From Tetramitus jugosus (lineage: Eukaryota > Protista > Heterolobosea), in contig OW569373.1 of assembly GCA_937625935.1 (NCBI GenBank), positions 62,001-126,000 of the forward strand: 64,000 nt of DNA. Reading direction: 5' to 3'. Made by a program: the position numbers and the translations under genes. The notes beneath the pieces are model-generated. The model was not told where the DNA came from and made no database searches. It saw only the letters and a list, made by a program, of their open reading frames with translations. The first letter of the stretch is position 1. Every line of letters begins with the position of its first letter. Below, piece after piece: positions 43,567 to 52,986 of this stretch.

Positions 43567-44862
43567 ATGAGTTTAACACCTTTCCATGTGTGCTGCCCCA
43601 TCACACACCTCACCATCTGTCGTTGTGATCACTTTTCTAGGCAAAAGCTTCGTGATGATGACCAATCTGATCATTCTTCTGCATTGGTCAAGGTGAACGA
43701 AAATTTGGCTCAATTCGCAGCACACGTCAAAAAAACTTTTCAGCTCTACACGCACACGAACCCACAGTATTGGCAAGAACTTGGTGCGCTTCTCACCGAC
43801 CAGAAAGAAAATCAAGAAGACTCTGGGCGCGTTTCTCCGACAGTCATACAATCCCATCGGTTCGTTGTTCCCGCCAAATTCGTGAAACAATTACAACCAA
43901 ATCCATCCTCTACGGTTAGCTCCCACCCTGTCGACGCCAATGGTAGCTCAGCAATCACCTCCTCTGTCAATCCCACATTGAACGCTTCTGCGACTCCCAA
44001 TGCTGCTTCCTCCAATGTAGCCTCCTCTGCCAACGTTTCCCTTCCAATGAACCCAACGCTCACCTCTGCGCTCCAGAGCTACCTTGCTCACACTGGACAA
44101 CCACCCACGAGCGACCCACAAAAGCTCGCACAGCTCTATCAACAACTCAAGCTCCAATACAGTGTTCAACAGAGCAACAACGCCAACACCAACAACAACC
44201 TTCAAGCAAGCTCAAAAGCTACTGCTCAGCAACAACCACCTCAACAACCAACACCACCACAACAACAACGTCCTCAAACACCTCAACAAGCACCATCACA
44301 ACAACAAGCTACTTCAACAGCTTCTTCTTCCTCCTCCTCTACCTCCACTCCCAGTCAACCAAGAAAAAGAGGCAGACCAAGAAAGAAAAAATCATGTGCA
44401 GAGTGTGAAAAGGGTGACTCATTGGCTCAACCACCAGACACTTCTCTCCTCCAATGTGTTAATTGTGGTCATTGTATTCATACTTTTTGTCATGAACCAA
44501 AGTTGGATCATTTGGCACCTGGTCACAGAGTCATTTGGCGATGTGAAGAGTGCAAAGTGTGTGAGACTTGTGGTGAGTCTGGTGATGAAGTCAAATTGCT
44601 CATTTGTGAGTCTTGTGATCGAGGATTCCATACGTATTGTTTGAATCCGCCGTTGAAGGACATTCCTAAAAATTCGTGGAACTGTTCGCAGTGTCTGATG
44701 GCCAAGAGAAGCATGATGCAACAGGAGAGCTACAATCAACAAATGGCTGCTCAACAGGCTGTGAAACAGCAGATGGCTCTTGCGGAGGCCAATGTGATAA
44801 CGCCGTCGTCGAATCAGGAAGGTGGTCGACCATCCAAGAGACAGCGAAGACAACAAGATTAA
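43567..44862 (+). CDS. Double-PHD-finger chromatin reader with AT-hook
   Basis: AT-hook RKRGRPRK. Tandem PHD: CAEC...CVNC..IHTFC...WRCEECKVCETC...LLICESCDRGFHTYCLNPPL..IP..SWNCSQC. Confidence 0.9.
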   Translation: MSLTPFHVCCPITHLTICRCDHFSRQKLRDDDQSDHSSALVKVNENLAQFAAHVKKTFQLYTHTNPQYWQELGALLTDQKENQEDSGRVSPTVIQSHRFVVPAKFVKQLQPNPSSTVSSHPVDANGSSAITSSVNPTLNASATPNAASSNVASSANVSLPMNPTLTSALQSYLAHTGQPPTSDPQKLAQLYQQLKLQYSVQQSNNANTNNNLQASSKATAQQQPPQQPTPPQQQRPQTPQQAPSQQQATSTASSSSSSTSTPSQPRKRGRPRKKKSCAECEKGDSLAQPPDTSLLQCVNCGHCIHTFCHEPKLDHLAPGHRVIWRCEECKVCETCGESGDEVKLLICESCDRGFHTYCLNPPLKDIPKNSWNCSQCLMAKRSMMQQESYNQQMAAQQAVKQQMALAEANVITPSSNQEGGRPSKRQRRQQD

Positions 44863-44937
44863 AAGCGATTCACGAGTTGTGACGTGTAATGTATTTTATT
44901 TTTGATTTGTTTTGTTGTTGCTGCGCAGAATACATTC

Positions 44938-46968
44938 TTACATGATCCTACATGTGTTTGCCTTTTTCTTTGCTGGTTCACTTGATTCGTCATCGTCATC
45001 AGTAATCGTACTGCTGCTGTCTCTCGATCTCTTGCGACTGACAGCAGTGGCATGTTGATTTGCTTGAGAGAGTTGTGATGCGAGAATACCTACTCTATCA
45101 GCTTCGTCATATGGAATCACAGTAACACCCATCGAGAGACACTTGTTGTCACTACTAGCTGGCGAACAGAGCTCGCTTGCGCACTGTTGAACTAAAGATA
45201 GGTCACCCAACTCGACAAATGTGCTTGTTTGATCGATCCATGATGTCTTAAACTTGCCATACTTGCCAAACAGTGCATCAAGCTTTTCCGTGCCTGTCGT
45301 GCCATTCAATCCTGAAACATAGAACACCAAGGATCGATCTTGATGGTGAGATTCATTCTCTTCCTTTAGTAGCGGCGTTCTCAAATCAAAATTGACCTCA
45401 GATCTCATCATGTGCAAAACATTCATAAACGATTGCAAATGTGAAACACCAGAAATGGATTCACGTTTCCCAGCGCTGTTGCTTCTCTGTGCAATGTGAT
45501 ATGAGATTTGAATGAACGAATAACCAGTCATGAACGCATCCCATCCAGCAGAATGAAGCCCGTGTGATGCTCTCCTACGTGTCATGACACCAAAGAAGTA
45601 CTCGTGATCACAAAAGAATAGCTCGTTCGTGCTGGGTCTCAACTGATATCGAGATCCATCGAACAAATGCTCCAAAGTCGAGCTCCTATTGAAAATACTC
45701 CTAGAGAGAAATTCGTCTGTTGTCACCAGATACTTTGTATCGATTAAGTGAGGGAAATGTTCGACGACCAATTGTCTAAACTCTTCCAATGAATCTGGCA
45801 ATGGACGAACAAACTTGTGCATGATGTGTGCCATGTCAAGGAACATGTTATGACCCAAAATGGTGCAGCTCTTGGTCTTGACATGATCCATAATCATCTT
45901 AATGACACGTCTGAAGCCGATTGCAGAGTTCAACTCACGTACTTGCTTTGAACTTTGATTGGCAAAGTGATCCGCACGTATCACTCTCACAAACGATTCA
46001 AACGTTATCTTGTCACGTGCCATCTTGAATTGAGTCTGTGGAAACTCGTCAATCAAATGGTCAAACATGAGCTTTCGAACCGAGGCAGTGTACGGTGGTA
46101 AATTGAGACACTTTCCATGAGGATTGTTTTCGAGCCAAAATGCAATCTCTTGTCTTGTTCGATCCAAAATTGACCGTTCTTCCTCACTCACTTGCTCTAG
46201 TGGCACCTTTTCACCCTTCATTTGATTCTTCATCTTTTGTTTGAGTCGCAGTGCTTCTACAAACTCATTTTCCTCCGTTTCATTCATGTACGTGATACCC
46301 TGGGAGAAAACCTTGTTAAAATCCATTCCATGACTCACAAGAAACTGGAGACAATGTGGTTGAGACAAAAAGGACACCTCATTCCGATGATTATGCTTCA
46401 TCAAGTAAAAATTATACAGTTTACAGCTGTATTCATCGCCCGCGCGTGACTTTCTCCGCATTTGTTTTCCCGCATTTCCGTTATCATTTTCACTTGCATT
46501 TCCCGTAGTTGATATTTCTCCGACTTCTATTTCTCCTTCATTGACGGAATAAATATCTTCATTGATGAACCAGAGACACAATCCAAATTGAACCACTTCA
46601 AACTGAATAGCAGACTGCCTAATTTTGCTATATCTTTGCTCTAATCGATCATATCGATTGACTTGATGCCTCTTGTCCACATCCAACCCAGAAAATTCAC
46701 AATCAAAACTAATGAATCGACTCCTTGATAATTCTCTTGTAAAGAGTGGCATGATGGCATCAAAATTCTCTCTTGTGACATCTATAATGTGTTCTTCGAT
46801 CATTGGTGTGGGAAGAACAGAGTGCTGTTGCTGATGATGTTGTTGATGAGCATTTGGATGGTTGCTTGTTGTTGTTGTTGATTTGGAAGGAGTGTTGTTG
46901 TTGTCATTGGTTCGTTTGTTGTTGGTTGGGGGTTTAAGGTTCTTGTTGTTGTGATTGTGAGAGGACAT
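44938..46968 (-). CDS. PARN: PARN-like poly(A)-specific 3'-5' exoribonuclease (CAF1/DEDD family) with RRM
   Basis: SFDCEFSGL, QFGL, FL..HGMDFNK, GFRRVI, GHNMFLD, DTK, HSAGWDAFMTG. PARN-type RRM (FGKYG...SWIDQTSTFVEL). First ATG at 46968. Confidence 0.85.
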   Translation of the reverse strand: MSSHNHNNKNLKPPTNNKRTNDNNNTPSKSTTTTSNHPNAHQQHHQQQHSVLPTPMIEEHIIDVTRENFDAIMPLFTRELSRSRFISFDCEFSGLDVDKRHQVNRYDRLEQRYSKIRQSAIQFEVVQFGLCLWFINEDIYSVNEGEIEVGEISTTGNASENDNGNAGKQMRRKSRAGDEYSCKLYNFYLMKHNHRNEVSFLSQPHCLQFLVSHGMDFNKVFSQGITYMNETEENEFVEALRLKQKMKNQMKGEKVPLEQVSEEERSILDRTRQEIAFWLENNPHGKCLNLPPYTASVRKLMFDHLIDEFPQTQFKMARDKITFESFVRVIRADHFANQSSKQVRELNSAIGFRRVIKMIMDHVKTKSCTILGHNMFLDMAHIMHKFVRPLPDSLEEFRQLVVEHFPHLIDTKYLVTTDEFLSRSIFNRSSTLEHLFDGSRYQLRPSTNELFFCDHEYFFGVMTRRRASHGLHSAGWDAFMTGYSFIQISYHIAQRSNSAGKRESISGVSHLQSFMNVLHMMRSEVNFDLRTPLLKEENESHHQDRSLVFYVSGLNGTTGTEKLDALFGKYGKFKTSWIDQTSTFVELGDLSLVQQCASELCSPASSDNKCLSMGVTVIPYDEADRVGILASQLSQANQHATAVSRKRSRDSSSTITDDDDESSEPAKKKANTCRIM

Positions 46969-47080
46969 GATCTTTGGGGATACTGAGTACACTTGTTGGT
47001 TGATTTTGGCTTTGAGATTGTTCGGTTTTTTGCATGAGAAAGATCAGAAAATGAAGCGTTACGTTTTGTGAAGGATGCTT

Positions 47081-47090
47081 GGCGGGAAAA
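47081..47090 (-). promoter_or_regulatory. E2F consensus site upstream of the PARN-like gene
   Basis: GGCGGGAAAA (TTTTCCCGCC on the minus strand), about 110 nt upstream of the ATG. Confidence 0.3.
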
Positions 47091-47193
47091 GTCAAAGTAT
47101 CGCTACGACGGCCGTTTCAAGAGTCAAAGTCGGTTGTTTGCAAAGAATGAACTACACAGTGAAACATGGTGTTAAATGAGTATGTTATTCAAC

Positions 47194-48957
47194 TTAGTTT
47201 TTCCTCTTCTTGGAAGCAGATTCCTTTCCTGATGGGTGAGCTCTCTTCTTTGCGGATGCTGTTGTTGATTTTGGAGTAGAAACTGGCTTGTCAGCCTTTG
47301 GGGTTTCAACCTTCTTTGGTGTCTCAGCAGCCTTCTTTGGTGTTTCAACCTTCTTTGGCGTGGCAACTGGTTCTGCTGCCTTTGGCTGTTGCTTCTTCTC
47401 AACAGCAGCTGTTGTTGTTGGCTTTGTTTGTCTCCACTTTTGTTCTTGAGTAAATTGCTTAATCTCGTCCACAGACTTCACCTTGACATCAGGATTGTAG
47501 TAAATAGGAACACTTGGGGAAGCAGCAGTCTTGAGCAAAATCTTTGTAATGTTCAATGAACCACCATTTGGAACATGTCGAGGAACGTGTTGCAAAGCAG
47601 CCAGGACATTGTCAGTCACTTGTTGTGCAGTGTCATCCAACTTTCCAACGCGAACAACGTATTGATCACTACCTTGTGCCAAGAAGAGTCTTGTTCCTTG
47701 AATGTCCTGTTGAATGTAAGTCTTGAGGTTTTCAGCAGTCATTGGCTGTGGTCCCTTCTTTGATTTCTTGTAGAATGATTTTCCGAGCAGAGATGGCATC
47801 ATGCTGTTCACTTCCTTCTCCACATAGAACAAGTCATAACTCTTTCTCAAGAATTCTCTCTTGTCATATGGCTTGTATTGAGTCATGAGCTTCTTGATAG
47901 TCATCACCTTTGTGCTTGCAGCATAAGGCTCATCAGCAATCAACTGCTTGTATGCATCCTTTTGATTGTCTCTCACAATGATACAAATGTTGACGTCTTC
48001 AGCATCATGGAGAGCATTCTTGAGTGGAATGGTGAATGGAGCAATGTTGACCAGAGATGCTTGTTGCATGTTGACAAGCATAACAACTTCATACGATGGG
48101 GAGAACAAGAGCTTTGTCTTCTTTTTTTGTTGCTGTTGATTCTTCTTCTTCTTGTCTGCTGCTGTTGTGGTTGATTCTGTAGATGGCAATTGATCATTGA
48201 TTCTCTTGTCTTCATATTGCTTCAACTGTTCCACCACTTGTTGCACAGTCTTTCTGTCCACCTTTTGATAAAATTGTTCGTCCAAGTGTTCTTGTCCAAT
48301 GGCTCCAGTCAGAGTGGATAGACCTCTTTCGATTGTGCTCTTCAATCCAGTCTTTACATACTCGAATTGTCTTGCAATCTTTCTCTTTCCAGTAAAAATC
48401 TCAAGTGCTTGCTTCTTTGTCAATCGCATTGGATTATCAAATTCATATCTCTGATCTGCATTCTCTTCCTTTTCCTGTTCGAGTCTCTTCTTAATTCTTT
48501 CGACTTCCATGGCATCACCACCTGCAATACGTTCCAATGTAGCCTCGTCCAACTCTTCACCATAAATACCCGAGTCACCCACTACTTTTTGAACCATTGG
48601 GTCATCTGAAGTGACAAAAAAGTGATCTTCCTCATTGTACTCACTCTCAATAAAATCTGCCATCACTGCATCAAAGTCCAATTCTTCATTCGTTAATTGC
48701 TTTTGTTTGAGTGATTGCAAAAGGTGTTGAGTGTTGTTGCTATTCTTCTTGTTGTTGTTGTTGTTGAGAGCTTGTTGTTTCAAGTATGCATTGACTTCTT
48801 GTTGAAGTTGCTTGAGGTTCGTCAAGTATTGACTCTTTTTGGATTGGAACTTGCTGAGAATGCGTTGACGTTCCTCTTGTGGAACAGCCTTGAACAATTC
48901 ATTGATTTGTTGTTCGTGAATTTCATCAATGGACTTCATGTCTGTTGCTGTGGCCAT
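47194..48957 (-). CDS. Ribosomal L1 domain-containing nucleolar protein (RSL1D1/Cic1/Utp30-like)
   Basis: ICIIVRD...KL...YKPYDKREFLRKSYDLF...LLGKSFYKKSK.P...VRVGK...NV...LKT..SPSVPIY, with a Lys/Pro-rich tail. Confidence 0.85.
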   Translation of the reverse strand: MATATDMKSIDEIHEQQINELFKAVPQEERQRILSKFQSKKSQYLTNLKQLQQEVNAYLKQQALNNNNNKKNSNNTQHLLQSLKQKQLTNEELDFDAVMADFIESEYNEEDHFFVTSDDPMVQKVVGDSGIYGEELDEATLERIAGGDAMEVERIKKRLEQEKEENADQRYEFDNPMRLTKKQALEIFTGKRKIARQFEYVKTGLKSTIERGLSTLTGAIGQEHLDEQFYQKVDRKTVQQVVEQLKQYEDKRINDQLPSTESTTTAADKKKKNQQQQKKKTKLLFSPSYEVVMLVNMQQASLVNIAPFTIPLKNALHDAEDVNICIIVRDNQKDAYKQLIADEPYAASTKVMTIKKLMTQYKPYDKREFLRKSYDLFYVEKEVNSMMPSLLGKSFYKKSKKGPQPMTAENLKTYIQQDIQGTRLFLAQGSDQYVVRVGKLDDTAQQVTDNVLAALQHVPRHVPNGGSLNITKILLKTAASPSVPIYYNPDVKVKSVDEIKQFTQEQKWRQTKPTTTAAVEKKQQPKAAEPVATPKKVETPKKAAETPKKVETPKADKPVSTPKSTTASAKKRAHPSGKESASKKRKN

Positions 48958-49020
48958 TTTTTTTTGTGGTGGTTGTTGTGGTTGTTGTTGTTGTTGTTGT
49001 TGTTGTTGTGGTTTGTTGGG
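48958..49020 (-). repeat. (CAA)n-rich 5' leader of the RSL1D1-like gene
   Basis: A plus-strand (GTT)n run followed by A8 directly before the ATG on the minus strand. Confidence 0.75.
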
Positions 49021-49246
49021 TGTTATCGTGTGTTGTGGAAATTTGGGAGAGGCAAAGTTTTGAGTGTGAAAAGGTGCAAGAAATTGTTGAACAAAACAAG
49101 TTTTGCTTGTGAAACTCCGTCTGTCGGAGAAGTCCTGTTGACGTTACAAAATCTACTCGATGGTTGAATATTCAATCAAAAACACAACAAAAAACACAAA
49201 CCGAACAAAGAAGAATTGCTTTGATTGGATTTGATTAAAATCGAAC

Positions 49247-52200
49247 ATGAGAAACACCAGATCGTTATTGGGCCAAAAATATGGCAACTCACTCGATCGT
49301 ATCGACAAGGGACTCCATCGGAAAAAATCTTCAGCGAAAAGCGCCGTTTCTTCGACTTCTACGGCGGCAATACCACCAGCGACAGCCACGCCCACAGCGG
49401 CATCGTCATCACCAAAATGGAACAAGGAAAATTCGTCAGACGATCATCAAAAGCTTTTCATGACAAATAGCTCAGCAACGACTGCTGATAAAAAATCATT
49501 CATGTCGGATGATGATGAGAGAGACGACGATGATGACAATGATCACAGTGATTCATCTTCTTCTTCGTCAGAGGATTCAGATCTGGAAGCAATGAGAAAC
49601 GAAAATGGAGAAATTGATGAAGTGGATGATGATTCTGATAGTGAAGATGAGAATGGAAGAATTGTGGAGGAGGGAGATGTTTGGTACTATTTCCAGAATA
49701 AGCCAACGTATGTAGTTTTTAGTTGTTGTTGTTGTTGTTGCTAGTAGCTTGTCGTATAATGAATGCAATGATGAACAATTCAAAAATTGACATTTTGTCT
49801 TCTTGGAACTGTTGTGTTGATGAATGCATCTTCTTCTTCTGTTTCTGCAGTCTCGATGAAGAAACAGATCAAAATCCATCTCACAGTGTGCATCTGTCAG
49901 AGACGGACAAGGCAAAGGTAATCAAGATTGTGGATGATGCAAAATTGTCGTGTGAAATTGGAATGAAGGGATATCATATGATTCGAGCAACACATTCGAT
50001 TTCTGTTGGATCTTTCTATTTTGAAGTAACAATTAATAAGGTTGACAATGTGCATCCAAAGGCCAGTTATGCACAACCACATGTTAGAATTGGTTGGAGC
50101 ATGAGTCAGGGTCAATTGGAAACACCAGTCGGTTTTGACAAGTATTCATTTGGTTATCGGGATGTAAATGGCGATGTATTACACATGTCAAAGGGAACAT
50201 CCTACGGCCAGCCATTCAGTACGTTATTCTTGTTGTGATGCTCGTGTTGTTTGTTGCTTGAATTGTGTTTGTTATTGTCATTGTAATTGTTGTACTAATC
50301 AACTGAATGATTTGTTATCCATCTGTAGCACAAGGTGATGTCATTGGAGCCTATATTCACATACCAGAGAGAACAGAACCGAGACCAGATCCTGTGGAGA
50401 AGCGAGAGAGCTACACAGATGATAATGGAAATAATTTTTGTCTTGTAACATATGATATTGCAGAAGAGATTGCAAACGGTAGCTATATTGCTTTTTATAA
50501 GAATGGAAAGAATCAGGGATCTGCATTTACAAATCTTGTTCGGAGCCGATATTTCCCAGCTATATCTTTGTATATGGGAGCGAGTGTCACTTGTAATTTT
50601 GGACCCAATTTTAAGTATGCACCGAGTACGACCTGTGAGCCAATATCTCACTTATCTAATGCGTCATCTCAACCATCTTCAAAGGTATCGTCTTCTAATG
50701 CGAAACCAAGAAGTACAGTCACTTCGAAGACGTTTGTGAATGCAGCGAAAGAGTCTCTAAAGGAGGCAGTGAAGCGAGGTCACACACCAAAGAAGAATCG
50801 AGTGGAACAAGTACAAAATTTGAAATCAAATGCGAAGGTACCGTCTAGAAAAGCAGCACCAAAGAAACAAGCTGTTCCATCGAAGGACGTGCCCATGGAT
50901 CAAGTAAATCAGACAATTATCAAAAAGAAACGAAGTACTGATCGTCCGTTGACTGATGAGCTCTCACCGCCGAGAAAGAAGCTTAAGAAGGAGACACTAC
51001 CAAAAATTCCGAAGAGTAAGAAGAGTAGCGCAGTGAGCGAGCATCAACTTGTTCCCACGGATCAACCGATGGTTGGCGAAGTTACGAAATCAGTTATTCC
51101 AGATGTTGTTCAGAGAAAGAACGAGACCAATCAACCCGTTAATAATCAACCGATCGTACAGGAGAAAGTGATAAAGAACGCAGGAGGCATCGGAGATATC
51201 GTATCTGGTATTGTTGAGTCAGACAAAGATATCAAATCGAAAGTAGAAAAAGTATCTCAGTCCGACAAGGTTAATACTGCGAAATATGCAAAGGAATCAA
51301 CCAAAGCGAGAGTACCAACTAAAAGTCATGCACCGCCTGTTAAAAAGGCGATACAACAACTTAATCTTCGTGCGGCTCCAACTCGTGAGGTCAAGGTTCT
51401 TGAGGAAATACCAGAACAACCTCAAGTGAAGCCCGAAACTCAAACCGTTTTTCCAACCAGTTCTGTGGTAGAATCAGTCGACGATACCACAGTCTCTACA
51501 GCACCAACAACACATTTCGATGGACAACTCAATGTACAAAACAGCCAGGTAAATATCAGAGCAAATACAACAAGACCTCCTCAGATTGTTGAAGATGCTG
51601 CAACAAAGACTGAGTCGCTTCCTCCAAGTTATGACATGCCACAACATTCGGCAAAACCATCATGGGAAGCTGCTGCCTCAAATATTTTACAACCTGTGCC
51701 ACAGCAAGTACAATTATTTAGCGAACCAACTCATAGTTATGAGCATCGCCGACAACACGAGGTGAGTTATCATCAGAACGTACCTTCGAGGTCAGCACCA
51801 ACCACATCAATGTTCAGTACTAGTCCTTCTCCAAATGCAACGCAGCAGTACTCTTATCAATCAACACAACAAGAATCGAGTATTTCAACTCGAGAAGTCA
51901 TCTTCCATGCTCAAACTTCGCAACCTACTGTGCAAGAGAATAGAGCTGATGTCGATGTTCGAAACGTTGTAGATTCTCGCAATCTGCAAAACCAACAGCA
52001 GCAGTATGCCTCAATTCATTTGAGCCAATCCAATTACCCAAAATCAACAATTGCACCTGTCTCTCAGCATGATCCAATTTCTCACGCCGCGCAACATGTG
52101 CCCTCTCAATATTCACAACCAAGCATGAATAGAGATTGGGAGCGACCACCTATCCAACAGAAAGAGCAAACATATCATCAACAAAATTCAATGGTTCCTC

Positions 52201-52820
52201 CATCGCAGCACACTGGGTCAGTGTACACCCAATCAGCCCACACCAATTATTCGACCCAACAACAAGGGTTTGCGCCAAGTTCCTATACTACTTCCCAGAA
52301 CGACCCTCTAAATAGTATTAATGCATCACAGATAGCTAGACGATTATCGTCCGATCATCCTCCACCCATTTACTCCACTGTTCCATCGAATATTAATACG
52401 GGAGTTCCGAGCTCTTCCATGCTTGGTCAATTGTCTACCCAGTCTCCATTGACACCCAGTCCCAGATTCCCTCTTCCTAGATTTGAACCCGAGAGAAGGC
52501 TCTCAGATCCTCACTCGTCTCCATTCCCATCCAATCCGAGCTCTGGAAATCTGTTCCCTCCTGCACCAACCAATCCCTCTAACTCTCTGTTTCCACCACT
52601 TTCTAACTCAAACTCTCTGCCTTCTGTGAATAGTTTTGATAGAAGAGGGTCACTCCCACCAATTTCAATGTTGGGCAGCCTTCCTCCTCTATCATCTCTC
52701 ACAAGTACTCTCCCTGGCAGCAATAACCAATCCTGGAATGCTAATTCTGGGGATCCCAACAACAGCGACAACACCAATACCAACAACCAACAACAATATC
52801 GACAGTACAATCCACAGTAA
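49247..52820 (+). CDS. ASH2/Bre2-like SPRY protein (COMPASS subunit-like) with a long disordered tail; exons 49247-49707, 49851-50218, 50329-52820
   Basis: LSETDKA, KGYHMIRATH, FYFEV, HVRIGW, ETPVGFDKYSFGYRD, GDVIG, FYKNGKNQG.AF, YFPAISLY, NFGPNF. Two introns (GTATGT...TGCAG and GTACGT...TGTAG) keep the frame. Confidence 0.85.
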
Positions 52821-52986
52821 TTGAACTCGTACGAAATAAAACCAGATAGAATATTTATGAACTTCCCACGTTTGGCGCCAATAAAAACCGAACGACCGAT
52901 TTTATCGCTCAAAGAAGAGAACCAAAGTCAACAACTGGAGCGAGAAGACCAAGTCTACCTCGAGGGAAAATTTAAACAAGCGAACG

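Noticed and set aside
41160-48957. Apparent RNA-regulation cluster (TRIM-NHL, PARN, RSL1D1)
   Set aside because: An unrelated PHD gene intervenes, and neighbourhood in a gene-dense eukaryote is not evidence without synteny data.
49764-49830. Possible box C/D snoRNA in the first ASH2-like intron (ATGATGA with flanking TGCA)
   Set aside because: No canonical CTGA D box and no recognisable rRNA guide.
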